Virus record (IMG/VR): IMGVR_UViG_3300037628_000362
Coordinates: 12,697-76,696 of that record
From: a virus
DNA: 64,000 nt
Direction: 5' to 3' (one strand)
The notes under the pieces were generated by a model. It did no database searches and was not told the DNA's origin. It worked only from the letters and a program-made list of their open reading frames with translations. Below are positions 38,546 to 47,113 of the stretch, one piece after another (the stretch's first letter is position 1; the number at the start of each line of letters is the position of its first letter). Made by a program: the position numbers and the translations under genes.

Positions 38546-39013
38546 ATGAGCGAGAATGACCGGAGTTATTTTGCCACACCACTGGCCGACGTTCCGCCGG
38601 CAATAAATAGCACGTCCTGGTACCCTCCTGTTCACATGGAATCCGGCGACACACAACAGCAGTTCTCGACCGGCGCCGTACGCGACCAGGTAGAAGACAA
38701 GCCTCGGCCTGATCTGATCTCGCCATTCGCAGAAGAGCGGCTAGGTGAGTGGTTGCGCCTCGGCGCAATTAAGTATTCCGAGCGTAATTGGGAAAAGGGG
38801 ATTCCGAACGCTAGGTGCTTCGCGTCATTGAAGCGCCATGTAATGTGGTTCAATCAGGGGGACACGAAAGAAGATCACCTGGCAGCCATTATTTTCAACG
38901 CAATGGCGATCATTCATAATCAAGAGATGATCGATCGTGGAGTCCTGCCGGCGGAACTAGACGACATGCCGAGGTATGTCACGGTCACAGAAGGTTGCGA
39001 GACGCTCAGGTGA
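38546..39013 (+). CDS. dATP/dGTP diphosphohydrolase domain protein (DUF5664-type)
   Basis: FSTGAVRD...KPRPDLI...GAIKYSERNWEKG...SLKRH...EDHLAAIIFNA. Confidence 0.85.
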   Translation: MSENDRSYFATPLADVPPAINSTSWYPPVHMESGDTQQQFSTGAVRDQVEDKPRPDLISPFAEERLGEWLRLGAIKYSERNWEKGIPNARCFASLKRHVMWFNQGDTKEDHLAAIIFNAMAIIHNQEMIDRGVLPAELDDMPRYVTVTEGCETLR

Positions 39014-39307
39014 ATCTATAACCCACTGAGCTTTTGCCTTATATACAGTCGTCAAGCCATTTTCTCGCGAAATTGTGAAATAAGTTCCGTATTTACTCCA
39101 AGTCAGGCTACCCACTTCCTTACGGACTTCAGGCTCCGCGTCATTCGTGACCCAAATCGGTGGCCACGGCTCGGGCTCAGGTCGGCAGACGGGCTTCGTG
39201 ATTGTAATGACGATGAAGTCTCCATGGTCGACGACTTCGTATTCATCTGCCCCAAAGACAGACTCGTCATCATCCTGATTGGTTATTGAAATACGGTACT
39301 TACTCAT
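38957..39307 (-). CDS. Hypothetical protein
   Basis: SD GGAGA after the T-run that ends the upstream RNA. Confidence 0.5.
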   Translation of the reverse strand: MSKYRISITNQDDDESVFGADEYEVVDHGDFIVITITKPVCRPEPEPWPPIWVTNDAEPEVRKEVGSLTWSKYGTYFTISRENGLTTVYKAKAQWVIDSPERLATFCDRDIPRHVV

Positions 39308-39349
39308 TTGCGTGTCTCCAGAAAAAAACGAATGGCGTCAGGGTGGTGG

Positions 39350-39433
39350 TTAGTCGGAATTCTCTTAGTCGGGCTTAGTGATTCGGGTATTCGGATTAGT
39401 CGGATATGAGTGGTTCTGAATTCGGGTATTCGG
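39350..39433 (-). repeat. Array of ~7-8 nt CCGA(A/C)T(A) repeats
   Basis: On +: TTAGTCGG x3, ATTCGGGTATTCGG x2, plus degenerate units. Confidence 0.8.
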
Positions 39434-39467
39434 AGTTCCCCGGCCGTTTAGTGTCCGCCCGGACGAC

Positions 39468-39542
39468 TGGCTTTCGATACTGGATTTGAACCAGTAACAT
39501 CAAGATTGATATTCTTGCGCTCTACCACTGAGCTAATCGAAA
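39468..39542 (-). tRNA. tRNA with anticodon ATC (Asp-like), CCA encoded
   Basis: TTTCGAT/ATCGAAA acceptor, GCTC-AGTGGTA-GAGC D-arm, CAAGA-ATATCAA-TCTTG anticodon arm, ACTGG-TTCAAAT-CCAGT T-arm, G73, CCA. Confidence 0.85.
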
Positions 39543-39634
39543 AAAAACGCAACGGTGAAACCGGTTACACCTACGGCTTTGGGTGCCGTGCGAACCCTTC
39601 ACCCTACGCACGCCATTCTGTATTCTCGGACTCC

Positions 39635-39976
39635 TTATGCTGTGGCCTCAATCTTAGCCTGGGCCTCAACCTTAGCCTGGGCCTCATAAAAATCTGTCGT
39701 CACGATATCTCCAACGTCGATCACCGTTCTCCAGTTGGCCTGTTGGATCGCGGAGTCGACCATCCTCAGTCGCTTGGCGCAGTAGTCGTACTCGCGAGTC
39801 ACTTGCGAGAGTGTCAGCTTCGGAACCTGGGCGACAACGTCATCGATCCCATCTTCAACACGCTGTCGCCTGGCCTTGACCTCGAACAGATCCCGGTCTT
39901 TGATGCTACCGATCTGATCGACCTTTTTCTGAAGTTCCTTGCGTATTAGCAAAGCTTCAGCCAATTTGACATTCAT
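39635..39976 (-). CDS. DIP1984-like coiled-coil protein
   Basis: KLAEALLIRKELQKKV...VDSAIQQANW termini characteristic of the DIP1984 family; SD GAGGAG. Confidence 0.7.
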   Translation of the reverse strand: MNVKLAEALLIRKELQKKVDQIGSIKDRDLFEVKARRQRVEDGIDDVVAQVPKLTLSQVTREYDYCAKRLRMVDSAIQQANWRTVIDVGDIVTTDFYEAQAKVEAQAKIEATA

Positions 39977-40053
39977 CGGGATACTCCTCTATTGGCAGGG
40001 TAATGCGCCGGTAGTATCACCCCTGAGTGGTTATTATGGCGTTCCGGCGCCGC

Positions 40054-40293
40054 CTATGCGGCCTTACGTGGCCGACGTGATTTGAGACGATCGAGGGGAG
40101 CAAAAGCGCCCTCTATGATCTTGGCCTTGAGTGGCTTACATCCGTACTGAGCCATGTACACCAGCACGGATGCTAGGCTTTTTGGATTGACATGGCCGCG
40201 GTGTCGATGCTGCTGGACCGTGTTGACTGTTTGCCCTGTCAAGCGGGCAATTTCACGGTAGTTGTAACCGAATTCGCTGGCATCCCGCGACAT
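40054..40293 (-). CDS. HTH DNA-binding protein
   Basis: YNYREIARLTGQTVNTVQQH; SD GAGGAG. Confidence 0.65.
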   Translation of the reverse strand: MSRDASEFGYNYREIARLTGQTVNTVQQHRHRGHVNPKSLASVLVYMAQYGCKPLKAKIIEGAFAPLDRLKSRRPRKAA

Positions 40294-40351
40294 GTTATCT
40301 CCTCGAAAGAGTTGTGATATTACTATCATCGCCAGTATGACACCGTGTAGT

Positions 40352-40615
40352 TCACTTTTTTTGTTCGCCTTCGACCGGTAATTGGGGCACAGCGGTGTCG
40401 GGTTTCGGCCCGGAAACCGCTGCTATGACATTACCACCCCGATCGACCCACATATCGCTCTCCTGGCCGGCTCCAGGAATGTAGTTGACGTATTCGCCTC
40501 GTCTCCGCCTGATAGTCACTTCCCCAGGGATCATCCTGGCGCCCTTTGCGAGATCGACAGCGTCTTCACTGTCACCTCCGAGCGCTATTGCCATTATCGC
40601 GAGAGGGTCAAGCAT
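40352..40615 (-). CDS. Hypothetical protein
   Basis: SD AAGGA. Confidence 0.5.
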   Translation of the reverse strand: MLDPLAIMAIALGGDSEDAVDLAKGARMIPGEVTIRRRRGEYVNYIPGAGQESDMWVDRGGNVIAAVSGPKPDTAVPQLPVEGEQKK

Positions 40616-40701
40616 GCTTCTTTCCTTCCGTAAGTGTAAGTAAGTAGAACCAGGACAGCGCTGGCAGGCGTGACTCCCGCCAGCGCTGGGTCCGATCCTA
40701 C

Positions 40702-41325
40702 TTACTCTCCAACCGGAGGTAAAGGACGAACACTTTTGCCGACCGCCTCACCAACAGGAGGCAATCTGGTGACAGAGAGGTCGGCAGAGTCAATCGGAAC
40801 AAGGTACGCAGCAGTAGTCGGCTTCGGAATCCGACGCGGGCCGTCCAGCCGCTTTAGGATGGCGTCGAGGGTCTTTTCCAGGTCTCGCAGTTTGCGTTCC
40901 TCGGGCGTCTCATTAGCGGCAGGGGAGCCACATTTCTTCTGCTCCGGCGCCCGCTTGGCCGTCTCGGCATAGGCGTGAGTCGATGCGGACAGATGAATCC
41001 GCGGCGTTGTCTCAAATGGCGTAAGTCCAGGGAGCTTGAGTGACGGCAGCCCAAATCGAATCTCGGGAATCACCACCTCGGCCCCGGCGATTCCCCAGCC
41101 CCTAGTCGGCCCTTCGATCTCACCGTAACGGGCTGCCGGGATGTCGAAAGTTTTGGCCTCACGCTTTTTTGGCTCGGCCTTTTTCTTGCTCTTGACGGCG
41201 CATCCACAAGTAGCTGCCGGACGATCGCAAGACTGCTTGTGCTTCAGCCAAGCGAACCACTCGGCCCCGGCGCGCCCGGTCAATAGCAGGACCGCCGCGG
41301 CAGTGAAAAGGATCGTTCGTTTCAT
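40702..41325 (-). CDS. Secreted protein with signal peptide, Cys/Pro-rich
   Basis: MKRTILFTAAAVLLLTGRAGA; SD GGAGG. Confidence 0.6.
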   Translation of the reverse strand: MKRTILFTAAAVLLLTGRAGAEWFAWLKHKQSCDRPAATCGCAVKSKKKAEPKKREAKTFDIPAARYGEIEGPTRGWGIAGAEVVIPEIRFGLPSLKLPGLTPFETTPRIHLSASTHAYAETAKRAPEQKKCGSPAANETPEERKLRDLEKTLDAILKRLDGPRRIPKPTTAAYLVPIDSADLSVTRLPPVGEAVGKSVRPLPPVGE

Positions 41326-41668
41326 CTTTCTGGCCTCCGTTTGAGATGTGTGAGTAAGACAACCCCAGGCCGAGCTACCGGCCCGTGGCAGTGCTACTCG
41401 CTTGCATTTCATCCAGTACGGCCTGAATTGTACCACCAGTCCATTGACTGTCGTGGTCGTCAGCGAACCAGCCGATCCATTGCGAACCTGACCGCTCAAT
41501 GTACGCTAGCCGTCCACCGAGATTGTATTCCCGGCCATTAGGGCGGGCCCTGCCGTAGAAACGACTCCGCTTTGGCCGACCGTAAGACGTGTGTTTGGTA
41601 CGCCGCTTAGCTGGCCGGGAATTCGCTTCCTGGTCTGCTCGGATTTGCTTGGTCTCCATGGTTTCCTC

Positions 41669-41896
41669 CTACGCATCGAGCATGATATGAACGAACCCGT
41701 CATGCTCGGCACAGGGGTTTCGTTCTGGTTTGCCTGCTAGTGCCTCCGAACCTTCCCGTCGGATCTGCCACCCGTTTTCGGTTCCACAGGGGTTTCGGAG
41801 TTCGGAAAATGTAACGACATCTTCGTCGCTCCAGTGTACAGGAACGCAGACTTGACAGTCCAAGGCTCCACTGTGTGTTACGGCTGGGAGGTTCAT
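41669..41896 (-). CDS. Hypothetical phage protein
   Basis: QVCVP..WSDE...NPCGTENGW...NPC...HIMLDA. Confidence 0.6.
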   Translation of the reverse strand: MNLPAVTHSGALDCQVCVPVHWSDEDVVTFSELRNPCGTENGWQIRREGSEALAGKPERNPCAEHDGFVHIMLDA

Positions 41897-41934
41897 GTTA
41901 CTTCTTATCGGCGATCGGGCCGAGTGACAACATG

Positions 41935-42273
41935 TCATATTGGCTTATTCGGCGGTTCTGTGCCTGATTTGAGTTTTTCTGCGACCACCTCTTTCAACCT
42001 GGCGATCTTTGCTCGGACATTCTTAATATCTGCGTTGGAAAGTTCACCGTATGTAGGCTCGACGCCGAGATCCCGCGCAATCGTAGGTCCTGCACAAATG
42101 TTCGTTACACAGGCTCTTATTGTTTTCGCGATCAACCAAATTGCGCCCAGTATGACGATATTTCTAATGCAGTCTGTCGCGAAATCCTTAGCCAGATACC
42201 AGATGGCGAAGGTGAAAGCCCCGTCCCCTAGCTTATCGAGACTTTCCAGAATCAGCTTCAGTTCGTCAAACAT
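41935..42273 (-). CDS. Hypothetical membrane protein
   Basis: SD AAGGAG; hydrophobic segments. Confidence 0.55.
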   Translation of the reverse strand: MFDELKLILESLDKLGDGAFTFAIWYLAKDFATDCIRNIVILGAIWLIAKTIRACVTNICAGPTIARDLGVEPTYGELSNADIKNVRAKIARLKEVVAEKLKSGTEPPNKPI

Positions 42274-42511
42274 CGTTTTCTCCTTGTTTTGATCGAAATT
42301 TACACGTGTCAATTTCTGCCAATCCGCCGGATTTCAGTGATATCACTCAGCGTCCCCAGGAGCCCGTATTTGGCGTTTCGTGCTCTCAGGGGTCAAATGA
42401 CACCGATAATAGGCCCAGATTGCCAGGAACCGGCCGGCTTGCGACCTGCGAGTTGTGTTAGCGAGGTTTACGGCGTCGGAGCGGCATCGTGTCGTCCGCT
42501 AGGTTAGCGCG

Positions 42512-43078
42512 TTATTCTAGACCATTGACGCCGAATTTCCTTCCTGCCAAGGCTAGAATCTCGTCGCTAAATGCGTCCTGTTCATTCGGGCTGGATAAGT
42601 TATTCACCCAGGACACGGCGCAATCCACCGAGGTTTTGATTTTTTCTCTATCGACACGCTCTCTCATCTCGTCCCCCATTGCTGAGATCAGGGCGAGAGC
42701 TAGGTGATAGGCCCTTTGTGATACTGGGCTTAGATTTTTGGAGTCGCGGCCTTTGCCTTGCTCTGGATTATTCCAGTACATATATCTCACTTCCTTTCTA
42801 ATAATCACGATTCCGAGGAGGTGACATAATTGCCACTCCATGTCATGTCGCTCGAAAAACTCGCCCAACGTGTCGCTGCCGCAACATTCACGGACAAATC
42901 CGTACTTTGGCGGATCCCTGGCGTCATCTGGTAGGTTTCTGGCCCGCCTTAAGGAATCCGCAGCAGCCTTTTTCATCTTCGCAAAGAGATCCTTCACCCA
43001 GTCGTCGCCGCGTGGCGTGGATTCAAAACAAATCCATGTCGGCTTCGGTCGTCGAAAGTAGCCTGTTATCCAGTTCAT
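42512..43078 (-). CDS. Hypothetical protein
   Basis: ATGA coupling to the upstream gene. Confidence 0.5.
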   Translation of the reverse strand: MNWITGYFRRPKPTWICFESTPRGDDWVKDLFAKMKKAAADSLRRARNLPDDARDPPKYGFVRECCGSDTLGEFFERHDMEWQLCHLLGIVIIRKEVRYMYWNNPEQGKGRDSKNLSPVSQRAYHLALALISAMGDEMRERVDREKIKTSVDCAVSWVNNLSSPNEQDAFSDEILALAGRKFGVNGLE

Positions 43079-43353
43079 TTTGGCGGCCTTTTAATCGATA
43101 TCCCGTTGATTATTGAGATGGTGCCCAGCATGACGAACACCCAAGCGGTCCAGTCAGGTGGGCTGATCCAGCGCCGGCCGCCAGTCTCGCCGAAGAGACC
43201 GCCCTGTGTGGGTGCCGGAGGGATCAGGCCGACCTTAGCTACGATCCGCTCGGCGTTCTCGTGCAGCGTGAACGCATCGACAGCGTGTAGCTGAATACCA
43301 AGGATCAGGGCCAGGATTCCGAAGATCAGGAAGTGATTGCGCGAGATATCCAT
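43075..43353 (-). CDS. Two-TM membrane protein resembling a Planctomycetes-conserved hypothetical
   Basis: MDISRNHFLIFG...LGIQ...VDAFTL...PPDWTAW...; SD GAGGT. Confidence 0.6.
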   Translation of the reverse strand: MDISRNHFLIFGILALILGIQLHAVDAFTLHENAERIVAKVGLIPPAPTQGGLFGETGGRRWISPPDWTAWVFVMLGTISIINGISIKRPPK

Positions 43354-43458
43354 ATTCTACCTCAGTGCCAATCGAAAAGAGCCGCGGCCGGCCAGGAAGT
43401 GGAGCTACCGACCGACCGCGGCTCAGCGTCTAACTACCATTGCTATTCATCGGCGATA

Positions 43459-44248
43459 TGACGCGGTGACATCATTGAAAATGCCTACGCAGCGGCGCGC
43501 CTGGCCCGCAAGGCACTTTGCGAATTTTTCCCCAATATCCATATCGGACTAGCCGCCTCAATCTCGATCTGAAGACTCTCGGGCAGTTGCGCATTCGCCG
43601 TGGCCCACTGCGAGATAACTGACAGTAGTACATCGTCTGGAACCTCAGAAAGAGTTCTGCAGAGCAGGGACCGGGAATCTTTGAGTTCTTTATTTTCCAG
43701 CCGCAGATCGTCGAGCTCGCCGACGGTATTTTCTGTTACCAGTAAAAGACGAGCTGACGACACGGCCAGGTCTTTCTCTTTTTGCTTCCGACTCTCCAGG
43801 GCCAGGTTAATTTTTTCCTTCCTCGCTGCAATCCGCTCCATCGCCGCTAATATCGCCTGTTCAACCTCGCCTTGCGTAGGCTGCTCAGAGTCCACGATAA
43901 ATGGTTCGTTTCCCTGACAGCCGCTGGCATTGAGCACGCCGTCGGATGTGAAGTTGAATCCGCCGAGAGGGCCGTAATGTCCGTCGCCATGCTGCAACAG
44001 CGCCCGGCGGATCGGCTCCGACAATCTGGTCACTTCCACTGCCAGATCCACCCTTCTGGGGATATTATTCCCAGTCCTTAATCGTTCGTCATGCACCCAT
44101 TTGTCTGATCGGCAAACCTTGACAGTGATTTCCATCATAACCTCCGTGTAAAGTAGGTGTCCGGGCCAACATAGTGTTGGCCCTGTGTATCCCAGATCGG
44201 CATTCTCAAACGTGACGCGGTGACATCATTGAAAATGCCTACGCAGCG
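43459..44248. repeat. Identical 36-bp direct repeat (43459-43494, 44213-44248) at the 3' ends of tandem paralogs
   Basis: TGACGCGGTGACATCATTGAAAATGCCTACGCAGCG occurs twice. Confidence 0.9.
43485..44138 (-). CDS. Hypothetical protein (paralog 2)
   Basis: MEITVKVCRSDKW..ERLRTGNN..; SD GGAGGT. Confidence 0.7.
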   Translation of the reverse strand: MMEITVKVCRSDKWVHDERLRTGNNIPRRVDLAVEVTRLSEPIRRALLQHGDGHYGPLGGFNFTSDGVLNASGCQGNEPFIVDSEQPTQGEVEQAILAAMERIAARKEKINLALESRKQKEKDLAVSSARLLLVTENTVGELDDLRLENKELKDSRSLLCRTLSEVPDDVLLSVISQWATANAQLPESLQIEIEAASPIWILGKNSQSALRARRAAA

Positions 44249-44874
44249 TTCCTGATCTCCACGGTGCCGAAGACCCATTTTTTCGGCGACGCATCCTCAA
44301 TGATTTGCATAACTTCTTGCTTCGACTTCCCACTGGGATTCGGCACCTTAGAAACCGCGTCCAACTTAACCTCTTTCGGGACGCCGGAAAGGAACTCAGA
44401 AAGGATGTTTCGCTGCTTTTCGATCTCAGCAGCGGCTTCTTCGGCATGGCCTCTGTGCTTTCGTAGAGCATCAAGCTCCTCGGCCAATAAAACGCGAGCC
44501 GTGGCCAGGTCTTCGGCAATCTTCGCCTCGGCGACCTTTGCGCCGAATGCCTTTTCTTTCCTCAGCTCGATTCGCCTGTAGGCGTCGAAGATTGCCCGAT
44601 CAACCTGGCCAGTAGTAGCCTCAATGGCGTCCAGGATGAAATGCTCGATTCCCTGGCCAGCGGTAATGGCGATCCGGTAGTCCTTGTCGTAGTTAAGGCA
44701 ACCGATACTGCGATACTGACCGCCGGATGCTGACAGGAGAATCTGTCGCGAAGGTTCGGTAAGATTCGAGACCTTAACGACCTTTAGATAATCCTTGTTC
44801 GTATTTTCGCTAGTCCTTAAATTTTCCCTCTCAATCCAATCGTCGGTCCGTTGCAGCGTAATCGTGATTTCCAT
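44239..44874 (-). CDS. Hypothetical protein (paralog 1)
   Basis: MEITITLQRTDDW..ENLRTSEN..; SD GGAGG. Confidence 0.7.
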   Translation of the reverse strand: MEITITLQRTDDWIERENLRTSENTNKDYLKVVKVSNLTEPSRQILLSASGGQYRSIGCLNYDKDYRIAITAGQGIEHFILDAIEATTGQVDRAIFDAYRRIELRKEKAFGAKVAEAKIAEDLATARVLLAEELDALRKHRGHAEEAAAEIEKQRNILSEFLSGVPKEVKLDAVSKVPNPSGKSKQEVMQIIEDASPKKWVFGTVEIRNAA

Positions 44875-45042
44875 ATCAATCCTCCAAGAGAGTAGGAATC
44901 GAGGCCGGCGACATGCTAGCCCCTCGATGATAGTATCGGTATCTGCCATGGTGTCACATTACAAAGAGTGCGCATAAAGAACCCCCGGCCAAGCGGTGGA
45001 GCAGGCCGAGGGTTGAAAGGAAGTGACAGTATTTGTTATCGG

Positions 45043-45642
45043 TCAGGTGCCGTCCGGGACTTCAGTCGTTTTGTGATCGGGCTCATCCTCGCCGTTACTG
45101 CGGCTGGTGAATCCGGCGAGATCGGCGGCATTACTAAGATCCTCTGCACAACGATCGCATACGAAAAGCCCTTCGTCATCAGTCACAATCGCGTTCGTCT
45201 GGCCGAGATGGCACCCACATTCGTAACAGTCGACCGGTTCAAATGGTCGGTCGTATATGACTGGCTCATCCGTCTCGATATCAGCGGGGCAGGGCTTTAC
45301 TGGCTCGAGGGCCTTCCGCGCTGCTTCCTCAGTCCGGCGGCGCCTAGTCTCTCGATTCCGCCCTGCTTCATACCCTTCGCCCCAGAATGAAAGCGAGAAT
45401 AAAAACGTCGCCCATGTCCATCCCTGGTCGCGCGGCAGAAGTGCCACGACATCTTCCCGGTCCCTGCTCTGCCCCCGTTCTTTCCAGCCGCCATCCCCGT
45501 CGTCTTCGTCGATGTAGATTCCATGCGGGCCGAGGTGGATCTGGTGACGTGTTTCGCCAGATGACGAATCACGGCAGACGAATATCGCATGGGCATAAAT
45601 CAAGGAATTACTGGCGTCGATAAACGTTACTCCGGCGAACAT
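45043..45642 (-). CDS. Hypothetical protein with C-terminal Zn finger
   Basis: CYECG...CDRC; SD AGGAGG. Confidence 0.55.
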   Translation of the reverse strand: MFAGVTFIDASNSLIYAHAIFVCRDSSSGETRHQIHLGPHGIYIDEDDGDGGWKERGQSRDREDVVALLPRDQGWTWATFLFSLSFWGEGYEAGRNRETRRRRTEEAARKALEPVKPCPADIETDEPVIYDRPFEPVDCYECGCHLGQTNAIVTDDEGLFVCDRCAEDLSNAADLAGFTSRSNGEDEPDHKTTEVPDGT

Positions 45643-45667
45643 CGCTTTCCCTCCTTTTAGTGGTGAT

Positions 45668-45880
45668 TCAAATATCGTCCACTAGCCCAAGCCGCTCTGT
45701 GACGACGCGCACCGTATCTACGATCGACACGTCTGGTTTGTCATCTCCAGAGTGGTTATAAACCCATCGGGACGCGATGTGGCACGCTTCAACCACTAAG
45801 CACATATTGATAGTGGACCGGGCGGCCGCACCGACTAATGCGATGGCTAAGTCGGCAACCTTTTCTTCTGGTGTTTTCAT
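45668..45880 (-). CDS. Hypothetical protein
   Basis: Fits the operon. Confidence 0.5.
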   Translation of the reverse strand: MKTPEEKVADLAIALVGAAARSTINMCLVVEACHIASRWVYNHSGDDKPDVSIVDTVRVVTERLGLVDDI

Positions 45881-45889
45881 GGCATTTTC

Positions 45890-46390
45890 TTACCGTGAGA
45901 GAATAAGGCGAGCCACATCTTGCAGTGTGCCGTCAAGAAGAATCGTTTGTCCCGAGCATGTCCGGCCCCACCAATCCCCGTATTTGTTGCGCAGCAGGGG
46001 TTGGTCTAGCTCGTCCAATTCACGGGCCAGTTGTTCCGAGATGAGCCACCACTCTAACACTTCTTTCGGGTCGAGATCAGAAATTGCGGCCCGGTAATCA
46101 TCTAGGCCAGTAAGATCCTCGTGACCGTCACGGTGGATATCCAAATACTCGCGACATTGCGACACGGTCCAGTCAGACGGATCAGGATGGAGGTTTTCTA
46201 CCTCGTCCCAGGAGAACGCTTCGCCGACCTCGCCGCCGTCCACTAGACAGCCGCCGGCCGCACCTGATAACATCAGTAGGCCATCAACCAGCGAGGACTG
46301 GCAATAATAAACATCGTTTCGTAAGAGTGCTTTGGCCCGCTCTTCTACGTCTTCATCGGTCACGTCTGGTCTGGTTGCTAGTTCGGTCAT
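45890..46390 (-). CDS. Hypothetical early phage protein
   Basis: EVLEWWLIS...WWGRTCSGQ.I.LDG, a recurrent family; SD GGAGGTGA. Confidence 0.7.
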   Translation of the reverse strand: MTELATRPDVTDEDVEERAKALLRNDVYYCQSSLVDGLLMLSGAAGGCLVDGGEVGEAFSWDEVENLHPDPSDWTVSQCREYLDIHRDGHEDLTGLDDYRAAISDLDPKEVLEWWLISEQLARELDELDQPLLRNKYGDWWGRTCSGQTILLDGTLQDVARLILSR

Positions 46391-46456
46391 CTCATCACCT
46401 CCGTTATAGGGAATAGGAACAGGCCAAGGCGGTCAAGTGACAGCCCTGGGCTGTTG

Positions 46457-46693
46457 CTACTTGGCTTGAGCCGCCAGGTATTGCCGTAAGGGCACCTCGC
46501 AGTCCTCGCGGAAAGGTACGTCAAGAAACTCTTTCCTAGTCCAGATATCAGCCGGGACGGTACTCCATACTTTTCTGAATCCTACGCTTCGAGCACGTAG
46601 CCAGTTCTCAATTACCTGTTGTTCTTCATTAGTATCAGGCAGGATATACAGATTATCAAGGCCATTGCCATTCCCGTGTGTGCTGGTTTGCAT
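46457..46693 (-). CDS. Hypothetical early protein
   Basis: SD GGAGGTGA. Confidence 0.65.
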   Translation of the reverse strand: MQTSTHGNGNGLDNLYILPDTNEEQQVIENWLRARSVGFRKVWSTVPADIWTRKEFLDVPFREDCEVPLRQYLAAQAK

Positions 46694-46823
46694 CTCGTCA
46701 CCTCCCTGAGTTAGAAAACATCAAGAACTACTGGCAATATCGGAATTGACAACGTGTCACATTGAGTATTTCGGCTGAAATAGGTCGATTTTTGCCTAAA
46801 ACTGGATTGTCTGGGTCAGGTGC

Positions 46824-46852
46824 TTGCCAGGTCGGGCGCCGTGTGCTATACT
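46824..46852 (+). promoter_or_regulatory. sigma70 promoter with extended -10
   Basis: TTGCCA-N17-TATACT with TG at -15/-14. Confidence 0.7.
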
Positions 46853-46859
46853 GGTGTGA

Positions 46860-47113
46860 ACGACATAGCCCCAGATTGGGCAAGGAGTGAGGGAGCACGA
46901 CGCAACCATAGGCTATTGCCACTCCAGGACGAGCGACCGAGAATCGCGTTCGAGTCCATCGCAGTAGAACAAACCCGAAACCACGGGCGCGACCTTTGCC
47001 AGGTCGAAGAGCCTGAGCGGCGACCGGACGAAGTGTCTGCGGTCGTAAATGGCTGAGTATCGGGAGCCCGAGGGCCGGCGCGTCAAAACCGTCGGCGAGC
47101 GTGCGTGGGCTAT
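46860..47113 (+). ncRNA. Putative ~250-nt multi-hairpin ncRNA
   Basis: Starts just after the promoter; ATAGCCC/GGGCTAT closing stem; at least 5 internal hairpins. Confidence 0.5.

Larger units (their letters stand above)
39330..39618 (-). ncRNA. Putative structured RNA enclosing a tRNA and a short-repeat array
   Basis: Closing stem GAATGGCGT..AGGGTG / CACCCT..ACGCCATTC; inner stem GCCGT-A-GGTGT-AA-CCGG / CCGG..ACACT-AA-ACGGC flanks the tRNA; followed by a 7-T run. Confidence 0.65.

Noticed and set aside
38546-39013. 2-aminoadenine (Z) genome pathway suggested by the DUF5664-type enzyme plus HD hydrolase
   Set aside because: No PurZ or DNA polymerase in the window, and both enzyme families are common in phages without Z-DNA. 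Cannot be excluded for the unseen part of the genome.
39506-39949. 147-aa + strand ORF
   Set aside because: Antisense shadow of the DIP1984-like gene and the tRNA.
43459-44248. 36-bp direct repeat as a CRISPR array
   Set aside because: Only two copies, 754 bp apart with a whole gene between them; no cas genes.
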